From contig JBJETT010000012.1 of NCBI GenBank assembly GCA_051883455.1, positions 64,833 through 128,832 on the forward strand: 64,000 bases of DNA. The letters run 5' to 3'. A program made the position numbers and the translations under genes. Source of the DNA: Christensenellales bacterium. GTDB taxonomy: Bacteria; Bacillota; Clostridia; Christensenellales; UBA3700. Every line of letters begins with the position of its first letter. Positions within the stretch are counted from its first letter, which is position 1. Positions 28,393-38,558 of the stretch are shown one piece after another. Under the pieces are notes generated by a model, which was given only the letters and a program-made list of their open reading frames with translations, was not told the DNA's origin and did no database searches.

Positions 28393-28415
28393 CACCCAAA
28401 AGAATACTATAAACT

Positions 28416-29078
28416 ATGGTATATAGTTTGGCGGATATGGACCTCGAGGAGTTTTGGCTTGGGTATTGCGCGGTGTTCGGCGCGGGCGATATGGTGGTGC
28501 TAGATAGGCGAATAGTGGGAAGACTCGATTTGGATAAGGAAAGGGACGCCGAGATTGCGAGCAGACTCGCACTGCTTTCCAAAGAAAAGCAATTAGTTTT
28601 GCTAGTGCCCGTCAGGCTGTCGTGGCAGGGCGAAAATTGCAATAGCGTGATTGTGTGGGATAGAGGCAAGGTTGTGGGAGTCGTTGACGAAATCTCACCC
28701 GTGGGCAAGTACGACTGCGGTGAGGGAGTGACAGTGCTATCAACAAGCAAAGGAAATCTTGCCGTGGTGGTGGAAAACGATTTGTACTACGCGCAAGTGG
28801 CGGAATTGCTCAGCAGGGTGGAAGTTAGATACGTGGTGTACTCTTCCGCCAAGCCTTGTACTAGCAACGCCGTGGGGGTGTTGAGGGCGTTGAGTATATA
28901 TCTCGACTGTAAGTGCTACGGGTGTATGAGCGACCTCAGCGTAGAGGTGGGCGGCGGAGAAGTGATAGACGTGGAAGTAGGAAAACTGCGACCCTTGAGC
29001 GACCTCACAACGCTAGGCAAACCCAATAGAATGCCAAAGCCGATAAGCCTATACGTGGTGGACAAAAAACCGACATAA
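28416..29078 (+). CDS. hypothetical protein (faint carbon-nitrogen-hydrolase-like pattern)
   Basis: 220-aa ORF with host-like codon usage and no firm motif. Confidence 0.45.
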   Translation: MVYSLADMDLEEFWLGYCAVFGAGDMVVLDRRIVGRLDLDKERDAEIASRLALLSKEKQLVLLVPVRLSWQGENCNSVIVWDRGKVVGVVDEISPVGKYDCGEGVTVLSTSKGNLAVVVENDLYYAQVAELLSRVEVRYVVYSSAKPCTSNAVGVLRALSIYLDCKCYGCMSDLSVEVGGGEVIDVEVGKLRPLSDLTTLGKPNRMPKPISLYVVDKKPT

Positions 29079-29139
29079 CAAGTCATAAATTTTCAACAAG
29101 TTTTATCTTGCGACAAGTCAAAAGCCTTATGCTAATGGC

Positions 29140-31407
29140 ATGAAAAAATCTGCAAGAATAGTGGGCGTTTCTAAATATCTTTTGTGCCTCGTGCTCTTCT
29201 ATTTGCTGTCTATGGCAAAGCCCGTCGACGGTACTTTTGGCGTGGCGATAAGCTTGTACGCCACATTGGTGACGTGCGAACTCAACGTGTGGGCGTTGTC
29301 GCCTACCTATATAGCCGGGTGTATGCTTGCCGACCCGACTTTGGCGGGTATAGTGTATGCTCTGTCGCCCGTGGCGGTGATGATAGTCGGGCATTTGATA
29401 AGCAAAAAACTCAAAAAAAAGATGGGGATACTTGCTTGCAATATTTGCGCTTTCGTGGCGCTAGTGCCGATGATTATCGTAGACGCTTATAGACTCAATC
29501 CCTTTGCTCCGATAGTGGCGTTGGTGGTGACACAGACGGTGACTTACTTCGTAGCAGACTTTTTGAGAGCCTATCTATTGAGGGGAAGTAGCCACAAATT
29601 TTCTATCAGCGAAAGCGTTGGATGCGTAGTGCTGGCGGTGATGCTGTCGTGGGGACTATCGACTATCAACCTTTGGGGGTTTAGACCCTACTACGCCGTG
29701 ATGGGTTTGGCGCTAGGGTATGCAGTGAACAAAACTAATCCCGTGGGTGCGGTGACGTGTGGCTTTGCCGTGGCTATGGGCGGAGCTCTCAGCGGACAAG
29801 GACTAGAATTGGTCGGCTCGGTGCTAGCGGTGGTTTTAGTGGGAGAAATATTCGTCAGATACAATAAGTGGCTATCTTGTGCAAGTATGATTATGGTCTT
29901 CGTTGCCACAAATATTTACTTCAACTATTACGGCGAAATGGAATATCTAGCGCTTATTGGCTTTGGCGTTGGAATGGGTTTGTGGACGATTTTACCGACT
30001 AAACTCACCGATAGGTTGCCCGACTACAAGCGCGACGACGCAAGCGAAAGCGCAAAAAATATGTTGGTGCAAGCAAGGTGCGATTTGGCAGAGAGAGTGG
30101 GACAAATATCAAGCGTGTTTTTTTGTATGGCGGACGCATACTGTAAGTTTTCCGCTACCTTGCCCGACCCGGATAAAGCCGAAGTCGTCATCGCTACGGA
30201 ATTGATGAACACCACCTGCAAAAATTGCACGAAAAGGGAAGAGTGCGTCAAGGCGTTGGGCAAAGAGCCGTCGGCTATGTTTCAAGGTTTGGTGGCAAGT
30301 TGCTTGTCGACGGGCAAGGCTTCGCTGGTAGATTTGCCTAATTTTATTAATTCGCGCTGTATCAAAATTCCGCAACTATTGTCGGGGTGCAATTATTTGG
30401 CGGGAAGCTATCTAAGTAGACTAAAAGCCAAAGAGAGTTATAGCAAAGACCAACAACTTATGGCTACGCAACTTGCAGGCGTGGGTAGCGCACTGAGCGA
30501 GATTGGCGAAGAACTAAAAGACGTGCGTTGCATGGACGGGGTAACCGAAAAAACTCTTATAGAAGAACTCGGATATCAAAATATAATTTGCACCCAAGCG
30601 TTGGCTGTGGGTGGAAAAAACGGCGTGGGTTGGTCGCTCGTCGTGCGAAAAGAAGACGTGGAAAACCCTCGACTAATAGACGTGGCTAGCAAGGTGGCGG
30701 GCAATAAGTTGACGGTGGTGGGCGAGGTGAATTATACCGAAAATAATAAGGCGCACGTCAATCTTGCACCTCAATCTAAGTACGAGCTTTCGTACGGATA
30801 TTGCGGGCAAGTCAAAGAAAATTCGGGAGCTTCCGGCGATATAGTCAAGGTGATAAAAATTCGTAACAACAAGGCGCTGATTGCGCTATGCGACGGCATG
30901 GGTAGCGGCAAAGACGCTCAAACTGCAAGCGCAAGAGCCATAGATATGGTGGGAGGATATTATCAAGCGGGCTTTGACAATCCCCGTGCTTTGACTCTCA
31001 TCAACAAGCTACTCGCCGTCACTTCAGAGGACAACTTTTGCGCTTTGGATATGTGCGTGGTGGATTTGGACAGCGGGGTCAGCGACTTTATAAAGCTTGG
31101 CGGAGTTGAGAGCTATATTAGACGTGACATGGGCGTGCAAGTCATCTCCGCCGCGGCTTTGCCACTAGGAATAGTCGAAGAAGCCACCCCGAAAATCGAC
31201 AGACAAATGCTCGCCGTGGGCGATATGGCAGTGCTGGTGTCCGACGGAATAAGCGACGCTCTGGGTGTAGCCGGTCTAAAACTCATCCTCGACAAAATCG
31301 GTTCTCTCAATCCTCAAACCGTGTGCAACGAGGTGATGGCACAAGCCAAAAATATAGGACTGAAGGATGATGCGAGTGTGGTGGCGTTTAGATTATTCGT
31401 TGCGTAA
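29140..31407 (+). CDS. spoIIE: stage II sporulation protein E (membrane PP2C phosphatase)
   Basis: 755 aa. About 10 N-terminal TM segments, a central domain, and a C-terminal PP2C part (SGDIVKV...ALCDGMGSGKDA...VLVSDGISD). Confidence 0.85.
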   Translation: MKKSARIVGVSKYLLCLVLFYLLSMAKPVDGTFGVAISLYATLVTCELNVWALSPTYIAGCMLADPTLAGIVYALSPVAVMIVGHLISKKLKKKMGILACNICAFVALVPMIIVDAYRLNPFAPIVALVVTQTVTYFVADFLRAYLLRGSSHKFSISESVGCVVLAVMLSWGLSTINLWGFRPYYAVMGLALGYAVNKTNPVGAVTCGFAVAMGGALSGQGLELVGSVLAVVLVGEIFVRYNKWLSCASMIMVFVATNIYFNYYGEMEYLALIGFGVGMGLWTILPTKLTDRLPDYKRDDASESAKNMLVQARCDLAERVGQISSVFFCMADAYCKFSATLPDPDKAEVVIATELMNTTCKNCTKREECVKALGKEPSAMFQGLVASCLSTGKASLVDLPNFINSRCIKIPQLLSGCNYLAGSYLSRLKAKESYSKDQQLMATQLAGVGSALSEIGEELKDVRCMDGVTEKTLIEELGYQNIICTQALAVGGKNGVGWSLVVRKEDVENPRLIDVASKVAGNKLTVVGEVNYTENNKAHVNLAPQSKYELSYGYCGQVKENSGASGDIVKVIKIRNNKALIALCDGMGSGKDAQTASARAIDMVGGYYQAGFDNPRALTLINKLLAVTSEDNFCALDMCVVDLDSGVSDFIKLGGVESYIRRDMGVQVISAAALPLGIVEEATPKIDRQMLAVGDMAVLVSDGISDALGVAGLKLILDKIGSLNPQTVCNEVMAQAKNIGLKDDASVVAFRLFVA

Positions 31408-31975
31408 TTTGACTTTTGACGGCGGATATGCGTCGTTATACTGTGTCGAGTTTGTGGGTGCGTTCGGTCACGTACGCCTAAGTACGCTCCCTCACGCCGT
31501 CCTCACTTTCCTTGTCTAACTCGCATCTCCACCGTCAAATAGAGGTTAGCGGATATGTTTCGTTATGCATTGTCGACTTTGTAAGTGAAAACAATAAAAA
31601 CTCGATACGTGTCGATATTTTTAGTAAAATTGTGAAGCAAACCGTCAAAAGAAAAGAGTAATTGCTTATAAGATTTAGTCTTACTCTCAAAGGATAGAAC
31701 GGAATACAATCCCTCCGTCTTGCCATTCGGCAAGCCACCTCCCTTTACACAAAGGAGGCTAGAAAAGGATTGAGATTCCCACGTTTCACTCGGAATGACA
31801 AGGATATTATCGCAATGACATAGGAGGCTTTTTAAGCGGTGGAGATTGCCACGTCACTCCGTTCCTCGCAATGACATTAGGGTAGAGATTCCTACGCTCG
31901 CTTTGCTCGCTCTGAATGACAACACTACTTGGTCTACGCTCCACCGCAATGACATCGATATCATCGTAATGACGA
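31408..31975. repeat. intergenic repeat array E
   Basis: Starts immediately after the spoIIE stop with TTTGACTTTTGACGGCGGATATGCG (a complete MITE-like unit to 31535). Then a palindrome at 31596-31622, a double hairpin at 31707-31758 and at least three GAGATT units. Confidence 0.9.
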
Positions 31976-32075
31976 TAGAGCGTAATCGTCCGCCACTTTT
32001 AGTCGAGATAGGTCGGGAAAAAGTCGGGAGAAAATTGTTGTTGATTTATAAGTCTACTTATATTATAATTTATTT

Positions 32076-33377
32076 GTGATAGACCCTACGATTGTAAAAA
32101 AACTCCAAAAATTCAACTGTTTGGCATTGGCAGTAAGCGGGGGCAAGGACTCTACCTTCTTGCTCAACTATTGGGTGGAAAACCGTGCAATTTTGCCCGA
32201 CTTTTTCGTGGTCAACGTCGACCACAACCTTAGAGGCGAGGAGAGCAAGGCCGATAGCGATTTCGTTAGGAAACTTTGCAAAGAACTTGGCGTAGAGTGC
32301 AAGTGCTACGACGAGGATATCAAGGGCTATTGCAATAGGGGCGGATATGGCTTGGAGCAAGGGGCAAGGCTTAGACGGCGAGAGATTTTTGCCGAGGTAG
32401 TCACGACCACTAGAGCCGAGAGAGTGGTGACGGCGCATCACAAGGACGACCAATGCGAAAGCGTGCTTATGCACGTCTTTAGAGGTAGCGGAATCAACGG
32501 CTTGAAGGGTATGCCTTTTGACGACGGACTTATCTTAAGACCGCTGTTGAATATATCTAGCGACGAGATTGAGAGAGAGATGAAAAGACGGGGTTGGGAA
32601 TACAGAGTGGATAGTTCCAACCTCTCTACCGACTACACTCGCAACAAGTTGAGGGGTGAGATAATACCTACGATAAAACAAGTCTATCCGAGCGTGGTGG
32701 ACAACGTATTGAGATTGGCGAGCATTGCCGAAGATACGCAAAGTTTTATTGATAAGTTTTTGGTGCGCGCCGAGTGGAACGGCGAAGAATTGTCGTTGCC
32801 CGAAAACCTCGCAGAGTGCGACGACGCGGTGGCAACGGCTTCGATTTTCGATGGATTGCAACGAGCGGGTTGGCGTGTGGATATAGAGAAAAAGCACGTG
32901 CAAGCAATAAGGCGGTTGTATGATAAAAAACCACCTTCAAGAGTATCTTTGCCTAGCTCACTTGTGGCTTGGAGAGAGAGAAACGGCGTGGTGATTGCCA
33001 AAGAGCACCGGCAAAAAGACCAAAGATACGAGGTGGACTACGGCTCATACGTTATGGGAGATTGGATAGTCACATTGTCTAAAGAGTATAGTGAGGGCGC
33101 GCTTAGAGCCGATATGGACGAATTGAAAAAAGGCGTATTGAGATATCGTCAAAAGGGCGACAAAATATGCAAGTTTGGCGGTGGAAGCAAGAGTTTGGGA
33201 GACTATCTAACAGACAAAAAAGTGCCTCTCAGATTACGTGACGGGTTAGCCGTAATAGCGAGAGATAGCGACGTGCTGGCAGTGATAGGAGTGGATATAT
33301 CGTCTAAAGTGGCGGTAAGAGAAGATACGAAAGAAATATGTTATCTTAGCGTAAGCAAAAATACGGGAGAAAAATAA
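32076..33377 (+). CDS. tilS: tRNA(Ile)-lysidine synthase
   Basis: PP-loop LAVSGGKDSTFLL, HHKDDQ, GTG start. Sits directly upstream of hpt as in Bacillus. Confidence 0.85.
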   Translation: MIDPTIVKKLQKFNCLALAVSGGKDSTFLLNYWVENRAILPDFFVVNVDHNLRGEESKADSDFVRKLCKELGVECKCYDEDIKGYCNRGGYGLEQGARLRRREIFAEVVTTTRAERVVTAHHKDDQCESVLMHVFRGSGINGLKGMPFDDGLILRPLLNISSDEIEREMKRRGWEYRVDSSNLSTDYTRNKLRGEIIPTIKQVYPSVVDNVLRLASIAEDTQSFIDKFLVRAEWNGEELSLPENLAECDDAVATASIFDGLQRAGWRVDIEKKHVQAIRRLYDKKPPSRVSLPSSLVAWRERNGVVIAKEHRQKDQRYEVDYGSYVMGDWIVTLSKEYSEGALRADMDELKKGVLRYRQKGDKICKFGGGSKSLGDYLTDKKVPLRLRDGLAVIARDSDVLAVIGVDISSKVAVREDTKEICYLSVSKNTGEK

Positions 33378-33901
33378 TGGAAAGAATAGAAAAAGTGCTG
33401 ATTACCAAAGAGCAAATACAAGAAAGAGTCAAACAAATGGGCGAGCAAATTACCAAGGACTACGAGGGCAAAGCGCCTTATATGGTGTGCATACTCAAGG
33501 GCTCGATAGTCTTTTTTGCCGACCTTATACGAAACGTCGATTTGCCCGTGGTGGTGGACACAATGGTGGTGTCGAGCTATGGCAATTCTACCATATCGAG
33601 CGGTAACGTGAGAGTTAAAAAAGACCTTGCCGAGGATATAGCGGGCAGGGACGTCATAGTCGTGGAAGATATTATCGACAGCGGTCATACTTTGAACGCT
33701 CTGACCAAACTGCTGAGAGATAGAAACCCTGCCTCGCTCAAGGTAGTGACTTTCCTAGACAAGCCAAGCAGACGAAAAGTGGAATTCCAAGGCGACTACG
33801 TTGGCTTTGAAGTGCCTGACGAATTCGTCATAGGATACGGATTGGACTACAACGAAAGATACCGCAACTTGCCTTACGTGGGCGTGTTGAGCCTAGACTG
33901 A
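33377..33901 (+). CDS. hpt: hypoxanthine phosphoribosyltransferase
   Basis: VCILKGSIVFFADLIR and VIVVEDIIDSGHTL (PRPP-binding motif). Confidence 0.9.
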   Translation: MERIEKVLITKEQIQERVKQMGEQITKDYEGKAPYMVCILKGSIVFFADLIRNVDLPVVVDTMVVSSYGNSTISSGNVRVKKDLAEDIAGRDVIVVEDIIDSGHTLNALTKLLRDRNPASLKVVTFLDKPSRRKVEFQGDYVGFEVPDEFVIGYGLDYNERYRNLPYVGVLSLD

Positions 33902-33908
33902 GGACAGC

Positions 33909-35285
33909 GTGAAAAGGGTCGTCGAAGAAGAACTTAAGGCTTTGGCAAGTCTATTCCCGCCCACAAGGCCGTTGTATCTCGTGGGAGGTAGAGTGCGTGA
34001 CTGTATCGTGCGAGATATGGAATTGAGTCAAACCGACGCCGATATTTGTTCGGCTATTGCTTACGACGACTTTATAAAACTAGTGCAAACGGCGGGACTG
34101 CAGATTGAGAGCTGTAGCGAAAAGCTTGGTACGGCGTGGGTCAAAGGAAGAGAGGGCAGATACGAATACGCCACCTTTCGCAAGGACAGTTACCCCGTAT
34201 CAAAGGGCGACCACCTACCCGACAAGGTAGAATTTGTCTACGAGATAGAGCAAGACTGTCTTAGACGCGACTTTAGATGCAACGCCTTGTATTACGATAT
34301 AGTGGCGGGCAAAGTGATAGATCCGTTGAACGGCAAAAAGGACATAGACGAAGGGATTTTGTCCACCGTGCGTGATCCGAATTTGGTTTTTTGCGAGGAC
34401 GGACTCAGAATCCTCAGACTTTTCCGCTTTTGCTCGACGCTGGGATTTGGGATACAAGAGGACACTTTGCAAGGTGCGATAAGGCACGCTAGCAACCTCA
34501 AGGATATCAAGTCGGAGAGAATTGCCGTCGAGATAAAGAGATTGTTGGAGGGAAACAACGCGGGGCGTGCCTTGATAGGCACGGTAGAGTCGGGCGCAAT
34601 GAGATACGTCCTACAAAGAGTGGATGAGAGTTGTCAAATAAAAGACGGCGGAAGACTGTCAGTAGGCATAGATTATACGCCTAAGAGATTGAGAATAGTA
34701 ACTATGCTCGAAAATCTTGTTGAGATAGAAGAGGGGTGGACGAGCAAGGATACAAGCAACTTGATAGAAACGTGCGAAAGCTCAAAGATAGAGCAAAACG
34801 AGTCGGGAAGGACAGGAAAGTTTAGCCTTATCAAAAAGGCGGAACAGCTGGCAACCAAATGGAAAGAAACCTATCCGCAGAGTATGGAAAAGGGCTTGAG
34901 ATTGACGGCTTTGACCCGAGGCGTAGCGGCGTGCAAGCACGCAAGCAACGAAAATGAGGTCAAAAAAGTGTCCGTAGAGTATGCGAGCGAGATAGAGGAT
35001 ATATCGAGCGTTTTGCTCGCAATGGGCAACGACGGCGACGAGCGCGCGCAACTTGCCTACGAAAGACAAAGCGTATGGTTGAATAGAGTAAAAGAAAAAG
35101 AAATTCCGCTATCGGTTAAGAGCCTTGCCGTGAGCGGCGAGGATATGAAAGAATGCGGATATAGGGGCGCGGAAATAAGAGCCGTGCTCGAGAGATTGAG
35201 AGACCTATGCGTAGAAGAAGAAATATCGGGAGCAAGAGAAATCTTGCTATCAAAAGCTAAGGAGTGGAGAAGAAACGATGGATAA
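33909..35285 (+). CDS. CCA tRNA nucleotidyltransferase / poly(A) polymerase family protein
   Basis: LYLVGGRVRDCIV head-domain motif and RRDFRCNALYYD. GTG start. Confidence 0.75.
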   Translation: MKRVVEEELKALASLFPPTRPLYLVGGRVRDCIVRDMELSQTDADICSAIAYDDFIKLVQTAGLQIESCSEKLGTAWVKGREGRYEYATFRKDSYPVSKGDHLPDKVEFVYEIEQDCLRRDFRCNALYYDIVAGKVIDPLNGKKDIDEGILSTVRDPNLVFCEDGLRILRLFRFCSTLGFGIQEDTLQGAIRHASNLKDIKSERIAVEIKRLLEGNNAGRALIGTVESGAMRYVLQRVDESCQIKDGGRLSVGIDYTPKRLRIVTMLENLVEIEEGWTSKDTSNLIETCESSKIEQNESGRTGKFSLIKKAEQLATKWKETYPQSMEKGLRLTALTRGVAACKHASNENEVKKVSVEYASEIEDISSVLLAMGNDGDERAQLAYERQSVWLNRVKEKEIPLSVKSLAVSGEDMKECGYRGAEIRAVLERLRDLCVEEEISGAREILLSKAKEWRRNDG

Positions 35286-36633
35286 AGTGATTTTGGTATT
35301 GTCGATATTGTGCGCCTTGCTGTCGGCGGGCGTGTTGATATTCGTCATAGTGACGAGCGTCAAAGACAAAAAGAAAGAGCAAGACAGTAGCGGATACGAC
35401 GACGTGATAGACGCGTTGGGCGAAGCCGTGGGTATGGTCAAGGAAAATCAAGAAAACACCGCCAAAAACAGTAGAGAACATATCGTCAGCAATATCAATA
35501 CCGCCAACAACACCCTCAACGCTTTGCTCAAGACGTATATGGATAACTTTGCAAGGCAGATTGACGATATCAATATCAATCTAAGAAATTCGCTGAGCGA
35601 GATGAAGACGGAACTCAAGGCCTCTCTCGCCGAGATGAAGACGGAACTCAAACAGAGTATCGGCGAACTCAAAACCGAAGTGGGCGAGAGTATGACGGGG
35701 CTTAGAAAGGATAACGAAACTCAACTGGAAAAGATGAGAGAGACGGTGGACGAAAAGCTCTCCAGTACCTTGGAAAAGAGAGTCAACGCCGCCTTTGAAA
35801 TGGTCAATAGCCGTCTTGATGCAGTGCAAAAGGGCTTTGGCGAGATGCAAAGTCTATCGGAGAAGGTGACCAACCTCAACAAGTCGTTTAGCAATATCAA
35901 GACGAGAGGAAGCTGGGGTGAGGTGGCTCTTAATAGTTTGCTAGAACAAATGCTCGCTCCCGAACAGTACAAGTCGCAGTTTAATATCAAAGGAAAAAAC
36001 ATGGTGGACTTTGCTATCGTTATGCCGGGACAAGCGGGGGATAAGGTGTATTTGCCCGTGGACGCCAAGTTCCCGGTTGAAGACTATAACCGCCTTGTAG
36101 ACGCTACCGAAAGGGGCGATATGGTCGAGATAGAAAAGGAGCGTAAGCAACTCAAATTGCGTATAAAAGAAGAGGCAAAATCCGTAAAAGAAAAGTATAT
36201 CGTTCCACCAACGACGACCAACTTCGCCATAATCTATCTGCCAAGCGAGGGACTCTACGCCGAAGTCGTTAAGGACAGCGAACTTTGCAACGAGTTGCAA
36301 GTCAAGTACAATATCACCGTATGCGGTCCTAGCACTATTGCGGCGCTTCTCAATAGTTTACAAATGGGCTTTACCACACTCAAAATCCAAAAGAAGAGTG
36401 CGGAAGTGGTAAAACTTATGCTTGGATTTAAGAAGGACTTTGGCAAGTTTACCGAAGCAGTCGTCAAAGCGAGAGATAAGGCAAATAGTACCGTCAAAGA
36501 GCTGGACGGCATAGACAAGAGAACGGAGATTATCCAAAGAAAACTCGACAAAGTGGACGACATTGCGGGAGAATATCTGGATAAGAGTGAAGAAGCGCCT
36601 GCGATAGAGGGAGATACGATAGATGAAGTATGA
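35278..36633 (+). CDS. rmuC: DNA recombination protein RmuC
   Basis: N-terminal TM segment, long coiled coil, and an RmuC nuclease-like core (RGSWGEVALNSLLEQ...VDFAIVMPG...LPVDAKFP). Confidence 0.85.
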   Translation: MDKVILVLSILCALLSAGVLIFVIVTSVKDKKKEQDSSGYDDVIDALGEAVGMVKENQENTAKNSREHIVSNINTANNTLNALLKTYMDNFARQIDDININLRNSLSEMKTELKASLAEMKTELKQSIGELKTEVGESMTGLRKDNETQLEKMRETVDEKLSSTLEKRVNAAFEMVNSRLDAVQKGFGEMQSLSEKVTNLNKSFSNIKTRGSWGEVALNSLLEQMLAPEQYKSQFNIKGKNMVDFAIVMPGQAGDKVYLPVDAKFPVEDYNRLVDATERGDMVEIEKERKQLKLRIKEEAKSVKEKYIVPPTTTNFAIIYLPSEGLYAEVVKDSELCNELQVKYNITVCGPSTIAALLNSLQMGFTTLKIQKKSAEVVKLMLGFKKDFGKFTEAVVKARDKANSTVKELDGIDKRTEIIQRKLDKVDDIAGEYLDKSEEAPAIEGDTIDEV

Positions 36634-37438
36634 TTTGCATATACATTCCGTGTACAGCGACGGAACCGATACCCCTACACAAATCGTGCAAAAAGCCAAA
36701 GAAAAGGGCTTGAACGCTATTGCTTTGACCGACCACGATACCTTGGACGGCTTGGCGGAATTGAAGAAAGTTGCCAAAGTAGAGGGTATTCAGACGGTGG
36801 ACGGAGTGGAGTTGTCCACCTATTCTACCTCCGAAGTGCATATCCTCGGCTACAACGTCGACGTCGAAAGCGACGTTTTGTTGACGGCACTTGCCGATTT
36901 TGCAGAGCGTAGAGAGGAAAGGATAAAGAATATCTTGGTCAAGCTATCTAAGTACAATATCAACCTCGACTACGATAGCGTGGCTAGCGTTGCAGTGGGT
37001 GCTATCGGTCGAATGCACGTGGCTAAAGAGTTGATAAATAAAGGATACTGCGCCTCGGTGTACGAAGCCTTTGAAAGATATCTGGGCGCAAACGGCGTGG
37101 CGTATATTCCGTCCAAGAGAATTACTCCTATGGAAGGGGTAAAACTCATCAAACGCAGTAAGGGCTTGGCTGTGCTTGCGCACCCGTTGAGATTTATATC
37201 GGCAGGTAGATTTAACGACTTCGTGTACGGACTAAAGCCTTTTGGACTAGACGGCGTAGAGGGATATTATCCTACCCACGACGAAAAGACGATAAGGACG
37301 ATAGTGGACATAGCTAAGCAAAATCGCTTGATAGTGACGGGAGGAACCGACTACCACGGCGAAAATAAAAACGTGGAGCTAGGAAGCGTGGACGTCAAGC
37401 TCGACGAAAAAACTAAGAGAGCCTTGAAAATAAAATAA
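36623..37438 (+). CDS. PHP-domain phosphoesterase (TrpH/YciV-like)
   Basis: YDLHIHSVYSDGTDTP...ALTDHDT...GGTDYHG. Confidence 0.8.
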   Translation: MKYDLHIHSVYSDGTDTPTQIVQKAKEKGLNAIALTDHDTLDGLAELKKVAKVEGIQTVDGVELSTYSTSEVHILGYNVDVESDVLLTALADFAERREERIKNILVKLSKYNINLDYDSVASVAVGAIGRMHVAKELINKGYCASVYEAFERYLGANGVAYIPSKRITPMEGVKLIKRSKGLAVLAHPLRFISAGRFNDFVYGLKPFGLDGVEGYYPTHDEKTIRTIVDIAKQNRLIVTGGTDYHGENKNVELGSVDVKLDEKTKRALKIK

Positions 37439-37459
37439 ATAATTACTCATAATAGACTT

Positions 37460-38503
37460 GTGAGGCAAATAAATAAGTCGACAAGTCTAATAAAGATTAC
37501 GGCAGTCCTATTGACGATAGGTCTGCTTTTTGTATTGCTTTCGGTGGATTTTGGTCGGACGGTAACACCTACCTTGGCAACGGACATACAAGTCGTCGAT
37601 AGTAGCGCGACGGGAAAAACAGAGCAAGTCAAGGAAGACAAAACCTGCCGCCTACGTCAACGAAACCTATCGGACGTAGACGTCCAACGGGTGAGCAAAG
37701 ATGAAAAATATATTAGCAAAAAACTCGTCAAAATTGACTTGGAGCAAGACGGAGAAATTGAGAGGTTGGTGGGCAATTTTAGCCCAAAAACTCAAAACAT
37801 ATCGACATTTTCTACTTCTTTCGCTACTTCTTCCGCGGGACGAATACACAATATAACTTTGGCTACGGGCAACTTTAGTTGGTTGGTGGTCAAGGCGGGC
37901 GAAAAACTAAGCTTTAACACTATCGTGGGAGCAAGAACCGAAGAACGAGGTTACGCCAACGCCAAGGTAATATTGTGGGGTGAATACGTGGACGGCGTGG
38001 GCGGCGGCGTGTGTCAAGTGTCTACTACGCTATACAACGCTTGGATAAGAGCGGGTTTGGGCACGGAACAAGTCGTCAATCACTCGCTGCCGTCGTCGTA
38101 TTGCGAATTGAGTCAAGACGCCACCGTAAGCGAATATACCGATATGATACTTGTCAACGATAGCGGTTACGACGTGGTGGTCAACGGCAAAGTAATAGAC
38201 AAGACGGTAACCTTTTGGATATACGGCGCTCCTACCGAATATACCTATAAGATAGAGAGTACTCTCTTGGAAGTTTTGCCTCCCACCGCCCCCGAAGTGG
38301 TGTACAGCGCAACACTCGAGGGTATGGGCGAGATTAGAGAGGACGGAGAAGGGCAATACGTGGTGCTAAGACAAGAGAAAAACGGATTTCGCTCGCAGGC
38401 CGTTCGCAAAAAGTTCAAAGACGGCGTGGAAGTGGAAAGCAGATTGTTGAGGGTAGACACTTACAAGCCGAGCCGTGGAAAAATATGCGTCAAACGCCCG
38501 TAA
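37460..38503 (+). CDS. VanW-family protein
   Basis: N-terminal TM segment and the GGGVCQVSTTLYNA VanW motif. GTG start. Confidence 0.8.
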   Translation: MRQINKSTSLIKITAVLLTIGLLFVLLSVDFGRTVTPTLATDIQVVDSSATGKTEQVKEDKTCRLRQRNLSDVDVQRVSKDEKYISKKLVKIDLEQDGEIERLVGNFSPKTQNISTFSTSFATSSAGRIHNITLATGNFSWLVVKAGEKLSFNTIVGARTEERGYANAKVILWGEYVDGVGGGVCQVSTTLYNAWIRAGLGTEQVVNHSLPSSYCELSQDATVSEYTDMILVNDSGYDVVVNGKVIDKTVTFWIYGAPTEYTYKIESTLLEVLPPTAPEVVYSATLEGMGEIREDGEGQYVVLRQEKNGFRSQAVRKKFKDGVEVESRLLRVDTYKPSRGKICVKRP

Positions 38504-38558
38504 ATGTATTGAAAAAACATCGCGGGCATGTTATAATCTTGATATTGAGGTGAAGGAT